Shown here: one piece after another, positions 15,500-20,431 of the stretch
Numbering within the stretch: position 1 is the first letter of the stretch
How the letters are laid out: the number at the start of each line of letters is the position of its first letter
Origin: an uncultured bacterium
GTDB taxonomy: Bacteria; Lernaellota; Lernaellaia; Lernaellales; Lernaellaceae
Length of the DNA stretch: 20,431 nucleotides
Assembly: GCA_964534375.1 (NCBI GenBank)
Contig: CAZHPN010000105.1
Coordinates: forward strand, 1-20,431
Direction: 5' to 3'
Program-made: the position numbers and the translations under genes
Notes under the pieces: model-generated
Seen by the model: only the letters and a program-made list of their open reading frames with translations
Database searches by the model: none
Told to the model about the DNA's origin: nothing

Positions 15500-15930
15500 A
15501 AATATTCCGCTGCTTTCAGATTTCGCCATTTTGTCCACCGCACTTGCGCGCCCGCCCTCCGACACGATTCGAAACGTGTCGAATTGCCCTGCGCCGGGCC
15601 GCCTCAGCGGAGTGACCGTTAACTGATTGAAATCTGCTCGGAGTCGGCTAGCCGCAATGCTCGCTGCGAAAAGCGATTCACCGGGCTGAGCCACTCTGCG
15701 AGCCCGAACGCATGCGGTATCTAACGCAGTCCAGACGGGAAATCAAGCAAAAAATTACAAATGTAAAAATTTTCTGCATTCATGTAGTTCTACGAAAAAT
15801 TTGATCAGAATCATGCAGTATTGAGAGATTGTTCATGGGTCTGGTTCGTTGCGATCGTCGGGAAATCGTCCATAGATTCCCCGCGTTGCCTTTCTCCGGA
15901 CTGGGATCGGAGCGATCAAACTCCGGGGCC

Positions 15931-15967
15931 GCGGCCGAGCCGAATGGTCGGCTCGACCGCAGTTTTT
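15931..15967. terminator. 13-bp hairpin with a T-tract on the + strand
   Basis: GCGGCCGAGCCGA-ATGG-TCGGCTCGACCGC-AGTTTTT. One position is a C.A mismatch on + but a U-G pair on -, so the functional strand is ambiguous. Confidence 0.55.
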
Positions 15968-16206
15968 GAGGGCTGCCTTTTATCGATCGCGTTTGTTCGT
16001 GACCTGCCTCCGTGCTCGTTAGCGGTTGCCTGGCCTCTATCCGTCGCCCGCGGGTTGCCGCCCGCGAGCCTTGCTGTCTGGCCGGCCTTCCCATGGCGCA
16101 CCCCGCGTCATGCGCAGGCGCTTCCCATCGGAGTTTTCCCTGCCGTTTTGATCCCCACTTTGCCGACCTCGCAGTCATCTCGAATAAGCCAACCGGGGTT
16201 GCTTCT

Positions 16207-16222
16207 TTCAAATCCGGCGCCA
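16207..16222 (-). promoter_or_regulatory. Possible variant sigma54 promoter
   Basis: Minus strand TGGCGC-CGGAT-TTGAA: correct spacing, but GA in place of GC at -12. Confidence 0.45.
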
Positions 16223-16248
16223 ACCGCCTTCGACCAACGACCACGCAA

Positions 16249-16261
16249 TATCAACGAGTTA
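16249..16261 (+). promoter_or_regulatory. IHF binding site
   Basis: TATCAA-CGAG-TTA matches WATCAANNNNTTR exactly. Confidence 0.6.
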
Positions 16262-16402
16262 GGGGCTTTCCCGGCGGCGGCGACGAACAGCTCGCGGCGC
16301 TCCCGTAATGATTTGTTACGCAATGTAACGTTGGATGCGCACACCCATTCCTCGTTTTCCGCCTTATGTTTGAAAAGGCTGCCATCGGAGAAGGAGAAAA
16401 TC

Positions 16403-17050
16403 ATGACGCAACCGTTCACGCCGCCCCCGGCCGAACCGCCGTGCCGGCCAACCTTGCGCGACCGCTTTGGAAACTTGTTCTTCAAGAATATTTATCGGGC
16501 CAAGCCGCCGTGGGACGTCGGCCTGCCGCAGCCGGAAATCGTCGCCCTCGCCGACGCCGGCGACATTCGCGGAGACGTGCTGGATATCGGGTGCGGCACT
16601 GGCGAGAACGCGCTGTTTCTGGCCGGCCGCGGGCTGCGCGTCGTGGGCTTGGATTTCGCCGCACGCGCCATCGCCCAGGCCAAGGAAAAAAGCGCAAAGC
16701 GCAACGTGGCCGTGGAATTCCTCGTCGGCGACGCGATCAAGGGCGGCGGTTTGCAGCGCGCCTTCGACACGGTCATCGACTGCGGGCTGTTTCACATCTT
16801 CGGTCCCAATCGCCAGCCCTGTTACGTGACGACGCTGGCGCGCCTGACGCGCCCCGGCGGCCGGTTGTTCGTTCTCTGCTTCAGCGAACACGAGCCGGGA
16901 AATTGGGGCCCGCGGCGGATCACGCAGGCCGAAATTCGGCAAGCCTTCCGCGACGGCTGGGTCGTCAACGACATCCGTTCCGCGCGCCTTGACGCGAAGA
17001 TCAACGACGGTTTCGCGAAAAGCTGGCTGGCGACGATCACCCGCACGTAA
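16403..17050 (+). CDS. Class I SAM-dependent methyltransferase
   Basis: AAGGAG SD before ATG 16403. PPWD, VLDIGCGTGENA motif I, VVGLDF, FDTVIDCGLFH, RPGG. 215 aa. Confidence 0.93.
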   Translation: MTQPFTPPPAEPPCRPTLRDRFGNLFFKNIYRAKPPWDVGLPQPEIVALADAGDIRGDVLDIGCGTGENALFLAGRGLRVVGLDFAARAIAQAKEKSAKRNVAVEFLVGDAIKGGGLQRAFDTVIDCGLFHIFGPNRQPCYVTTLARLTRPGGRLFVLCFSEHEPGNWGPRRITQAEIRQAFRDGWVVNDIRSARLDAKINDGFAKSWLATITRT

Positions 17051-17070
17051 CCGCGCCGGCCGGACGGGGT

Positions 17071-17562
17071 CTACTCCGCGTCATGCGCCCCGTTGACGCG
17101 TCGGCCCAGGTAGTCGGAGTAATCGTGCGCTTGCGGCTGGTATTGCCGGCTCATCAAGCTTGACGAGACCATGAAGTCCGCGCTCGACCGATTGCACGCG
17201 ATCGGGATGTTGTAGACGACGGCAATGCGCAACAGCGCCTTGACGTCGACATCGTGCGGATGCGGCTCCATCGGATCCCAGAAAAAAATGACGAGATCGA
17301 TCTTGCCCTCGGCGATCATGGCGCCGAGTTGCTGATCGCCGCCGAGCGGTCCGGATTTCAGTTTGACGATCACGCGCCCCGAATCGTCCGTGTCGTTTTG
17401 CGCCGCCAGATCCTGCATCAGGCGCTCGACCATGCGGCCCGTCGTGCCGGTGCAAATGATGTTGTGCGCGGCCAGCGTGCCGTAATTGAAGCGCAGCCAC
17501 TCCAACAGGTCGCGCTTTCGGTTGTCGTGAGCGACGAGGGCGATACTCTTGATGGCGTCCAT
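17071..17562 (-). CDS. mgsA: Methylglyoxal synthase
   Basis: IALVAHDNRK, TGTTG, SGPLGGDQQLGA, FFWDPMEPHPHDVDVKALLR, PIACNRSSAD. AAGGAG SD. Confidence 0.97.
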   Translation of the reverse strand: MDAIKSIALVAHDNRKRDLLEWLRFNYGTLAAHNIICTGTTGRMVERLMQDLAAQNDTDDSGRVIVKLKSGPLGGDQQLGAMIAEGKIDLVIFFWDPMEPHPHDVDVKALLRIAVVYNIPIACNRSSADFMVSSSLMSRQYQPQAHDYSDYLGRRVNGAHDAE

Positions 17563-17727
17563 GCCGGCTCCTTTCTTGGGATGACCTTAAGGTAAACATT
17601 GCCTGGACGCGCGACAACTCGGCGAACGGGCGCCTCGGCTCGTCCCTCTTGCCCGCCGGCGCGGAGCATGGTAAGCGGAACTGCAATTTACAATCCGCAA
17701 CCAAAAGTTCAGGAAAGGGCCTTCTCG

Positions 17728-18576
17728 ATGAGCATCCAAACGATTTTTGTCGTCGGCGCGGGGCAGATGGGCGCGGGCATCGCGCAGGTCGCGGCCGACA
17801 AGGGCTTCGCTGTTCTGTTGCACGACATCACGCAGGAACTCGCCGACAAGGGCAAGAACGGCATCGCCAAGGGCCTGGATAAGCTGATCCAGAAAGGCAA
17901 GATCGACGAGGCGAAAAAGGCCGCGCTGCTCGGCCGCATCCGCGCGGTGAGCCAATTCGCGCCGGCGGCGGACGCCGACCTCGTCATCGAGGCCGCGACC
18001 GAAAACATGGACATCAAAAAGAAGATATTCGTCGAGCTCGACAAGCTGTGCCGGCCCGAGGTCATCCTCGCGACGAACACGTCGAGCCAATCGGTCACCG
18101 CCCTGGCCGCCGTGACCAAACGGCCCGACAAAATCATCGGGATGCACTTCTTCAATCCGGTGCCGGTGATGAAGCTGATCGAAATCGTCAACGGCCTCGC
18201 CACGTCGGCGGAGACGTATCAGACGATCTACGAATTGTCGGTGAAGCTCGACAAGACGCCGGCCAAATGCGCCGATTACCCGGGCTTCGTCAGCAATCGC
18301 GTCCTGATGCCGATGATCAACGAGGCGATCTCGTGCCTGCACGAGCACGTTGCCGACGCCGAGGCGATCGACACGGTGATGAAACTTGGCATGAATCACC
18401 CGATGGGCCCGTTGGCCCTCGCCGATCTGATCGGCCTGGACACCTGCCTGTTCATCATGCAGCGCCTGTTCCACGGCTTCGGCGACAGCAAATACCGCCC
18501 CTCGCCGCTGCTGATCAAGATGGTCGAGGCCGGCAAGCTCGGCCGTAAAGTGGGCGAGGGGTTCTACAAGTATTGA
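17728..18576 (+). CDS. hbd: 3-hydroxybutyryl-CoA dehydrogenase
   Basis: GAGQMGAGIAQV Rossmann motif, VIEAATE, ATNTSS, GMHFFNPVPVM, PGFVSNR, HPMGPLALADLIGLD, GKLGRKVGEGFYKY. 282 aa from ATG 17728. Confidence 0.95.
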   Translation: MSIQTIFVVGAGQMGAGIAQVAADKGFAVLLHDITQELADKGKNGIAKGLDKLIQKGKIDEAKKAALLGRIRAVSQFAPAADADLVIEAATENMDIKKKIFVELDKLCRPEVILATNTSSQSVTALAAVTKRPDKIIGMHFFNPVPVMKLIEIVNGLATSAETYQTIYELSVKLDKTPAKCADYPGFVSNRVLMPMINEAISCLHEHVADAEAIDTVMKLGMNHPMGPLALADLIGLDTCLFIMQRLFHGFGDSKYRPSPLLIKMVEAGKLGRKVGEGFYKY

Positions 18577-18691
18577 GGTCGGGCGGCCAAGGCCGTTCGC
18601 CCCAGGGCGAGTCGGCGATTCCCGAGGCCGGCAATTGCCCCGCCCCGCGTCGGTGATTACGATAGGTAAACTTTGCTGTTCGGGAGGCCGC

Positions 18692-19375
18692 GTGAAACTG
18701 TCCATCCTCATGCCGGTGTACAACGAGCGCACGACGATCGAAGAAATCGTCAAACGCGTGCTCGCCGTCGACTTGGAAAAAGAACTGATCATCGTCGACG
18801 ACGGCTCGGCCGACGGCACGCGCGAGATTCTCAAAGAGAAGATCGAGCCGCTGCCGAACGTGCGTGTTTTTTACCACGACAAGAACCGCGGCAAGGGCGC
18901 GGCGTTGCGCACCGCGAAAGAGCAGATCACCGGCGACATTGCGATCGTGCAGGACGCCGACCTGGAATACGACCCGAACGACTACCATTCGCTCATCGAA
19001 CCGATCGTGGCCGACCGTGCGGACGTCGTCTACGGCAGCCGTTTTCTCGGCGCCAAGCGGAAGTTCATTTTCTGGCACTACGTCGGCAACCGCATGCTGA
19101 CTGCCGTCACCAACGTGATCTACAACAAGCGCATCACGGACATGGAGACCTGCTACAAGGTCTTCCGTGCGCCGATCCTGAAAGGCATGACGATTCGCGC
19201 CGACCGCTTCGATTTCGAGCCCGAAATCACAGCCAAGGTGTTCAAGAGCCGGTGCAAATTCGTCGAGCTGCCGATTCGCTACGAAGGGCGGGAATTTGCC
19301 GAAGGCAAGAAAATCACCTGGCGCGACGGCTTCCGCGCCCTGTGGACGATCCTCAAGTTCCGCTTCACCGACTGA
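18692..19375 (+). CDS. Glycosyltransferase family 2 (polyprenol-phosphate mannosyltransferase/DPM1-like)
   Basis: GGGAGG SD before GTG. SILMPVYNE, IIVDDGSADGT, NRGKGAA, QDADLEYDP, VYGSRF, TDMETCYK, GKKITWRDG. Confidence 0.95.
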   Translation: MKLSILMPVYNERTTIEEIVKRVLAVDLEKELIIVDDGSADGTREILKEKIEPLPNVRVFYHDKNRGKGAALRTAKEQITGDIAIVQDADLEYDPNDYHSLIEPIVADRADVVYGSRFLGAKRKFIFWHYVGNRMLTAVTNVIYNKRITDMETCYKVFRAPILKGMTIRADRFDFEPEITAKVFKSRCKFVELPIRYEGREFAEGKKITWRDGFRALWTILKFRFTD

Positions 19376-19388
19376 TCAGGGCGGTCCG

Positions 19389-19934
19389 TTGAAACGAACT
19401 GTCGCGCTGCTGCTGGTCGTCGCGCTCGCTGCCGCCTGTTCCGCGAATTCGGACCGCTTGCGCGACAAGGCGCTGCAACCGTACGCGATCGGCTTTCGTC
19501 TGGGCGATTCGACGCGCGTCGCCCTGCGCGGCCGCCTGAATCTCCATACCGTGGGCGACGGGATCTACTGGTGGGAAACCACGGGTCCGGGGAACGTGCG
19601 CCGGCGCGTCAGCGTCCGCACCGACGGGGATGCGGTCCATTGGTTTCAAGTGCAAGACACGCCAGTCGCCCCGCACGTCGCCGATGAGGAACGCCGCTTC
19701 GCCGACGAGGTCCTCCGCTTGAGCGCCCTGCTCGGCGTCGGCGACGCCGAAGTCGGCCGCGGCGGCGCCGTCAACCAAGCCACTTGGCGCCTGCCGGATG
19801 GCACGGTGCTGCTGCTGCAGCTCGAAATCACCACCGACGCGCAATCCGCCGTCCGCTCGCTTGGCGTCGGCCTCGCCAAATACAACCTGCTGCCGCTGCT
19901 CAAAGAACAATCCAAGCCGTCGTCCCTGATCTGA
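19389..19934 (+). CDS. Hypothetical lipoprotein
   Basis: TTG start 13 nt after the GT2 stop; (M)KRTVALLLVVALAAA-C lipobox. 181 aa, no recognisable domain. Confidence 0.7.
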   Translation: MKRTVALLLVVALAAACSANSDRLRDKALQPYAIGFRLGDSTRVALRGRLNLHTVGDGIYWWETTGPGNVRRRVSVRTDGDAVHWFQVQDTPVAPHVADEERRFADEVLRLSALLGVGDAEVGRGGAVNQATWRLPDGTVLLLQLEITTDAQSAVRSLGVGLAKYNLLPLLKEQSKPSSLI

Positions 19935-20044
19935 CGAACAAGTTGTCCGACGGCGCGCCGCTCGTCTCCGACGACCGCCTGGGCGCGATCTACTGCATCA
20001 TCTAGGATCCGCGGCAATTTCGCGCCAAATCGCCTGGGAAATGG

Positions 20045-20075
20045 ATAAAGAAGGGGCGGGCTCCGAACCCGCCCC
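20045..20075 (-). terminator. Intrinsic terminator for the incoming minus-strand gene
   Basis: GGGGCGGG-N7-CCCGCCCC 8-bp stem followed on the minus strand by TTCTTTAT, about 30 nt past the stop at 20106. Confidence 0.7.
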
Positions 20076-20105
20076 CGTCGATTTCAAAATCGCGCTAGTG
20101 GTCCG

Positions 20106-20431
20106 TTACGAACCGCAGCCGACGCGCACCGCCGTGGTCGGATTCGCCGAATGGCCCGGCGCGGCGTCATCGTCGATGCTGGAAGTCGGCGCGCCGTCGT
20201 CGTCGATGGCGTTGTCGTCGTCGACGCTCGAACTCGGCGTGCTGTCATCGTCATCGATCGCATTGTCGTCGTCGATGCTCGACGTCGGCGTGTGGTCGTC
20301 GTCCGCGGCGCTGTCGTCGTTGTCGTCGTCGTCCGCCACGCTGTCGTCGTTGTCGTCGTCGTCCGCGGCGCTGTCGTCGTTGTCGTCGTCGTCCGCGGCG
20401 CTGTCATCGTTGTCGTCGTCGTCCGCGGCGC
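20106..20431 (-). CDS. C-terminal fragment of an Asp-repeat protein ending in GCGS (5' part outside the window)
   Basis: Open frame from the window edge: (SAADDDDNDD)n, then TP(T/S)SS(I/V)DDDNAIDDD repeats, ending TTAVRVGCGS-stop, followed by a terminator. Confidence 0.75.
   Translation of the reverse strand, partial: AADDDDNDDSAADDDDNDDSAADDDDNDDSVADDDDNDDSAADDDHTPTSSIDDDNAIDDDDSTPSSSVDDDNAIDDDGAPTSSIDDDAAPGHSANPTTAVRVGCGS
20295..20431. repeat. 30-bp tandem repeat (at least 4.5 copies, runs off the edge)
   Basis: ctgtcgtcgttgtcgtcgtcgtccgcggcg repeated with few substitutions; encodes SAADDDDNDD. Confidence 0.93.

Noticed and set aside
15780..16244. 154-aa minus-strand ORF, and the 5' extension 15821..16402 of the methyltransferase ORF
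   Set aside because: No SD, atypical composition and no motifs; the methyltransferase has a strong SD at ATG 16403. A small translated ORF cannot be fully excluded.
15330..16400. RNase P, tmRNA, SRP or 6S RNA, or a c-di-GMP riboswitch, in the long intergenic region
   Set aside because: Hallmark motifs (GAGGAAAGTCC, tRNA-like ends, the SRP GGAA loop with AGCAG, GEMM tetraloop/receptor) were not found by eye.
20295..20431. 30-bp repeats as a CRISPR array
   Set aside because: The units are contiguous with no unique spacers, are in-frame coding repeats, and no cas genes are present.

Overview
GC-rich bacterial chromosomal window from a diderm organism. The gene content looks deltaproteobacterial (Myxococcota/Ca. 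Lernaellota-like; this is inference). It opens with a minus-strand tRNA-Thr(UGU)-Tyr(GUA)-Gly(UCC) cluster under a consensus sigma70 promoter. Next come a Zn-ribbon membrane protein, two paralogous lipoproteins (Asp-rich tether plus seven WGSS repeats) flanking a membrane Ser/Thr kinase, a TMEM175-family K+ channel, an outer-membrane beta-barrel, an APC permease fused in frame to a PII domain, an OPA-family MFS transporter, a lone receiver protein, a receiver-like/DUF4388-MshEN-like/TPR protein, a SAM methyltransferase, mgsA, hbd, a GT2 glycosyltransferase, a small lipoprotein and the 3' end of an Asp-repeat protein ending in GCGS. The strongest novelty candidate is the APC-PII fusion, which has a remodelled T-loop and a complete sigma54/IHF/enhancer-like promoter, and sits upstream of a porin + TMEM175 pair with KdpE-like boxes. 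Other candidates are a second sigma54/IHF promoter pointing into an ORF-poor region of about 1 kb (possible sRNA) and intergenic arrays with 9-nt or 7-nt periodicity. All calls come from reading the sequence; no searches were run.
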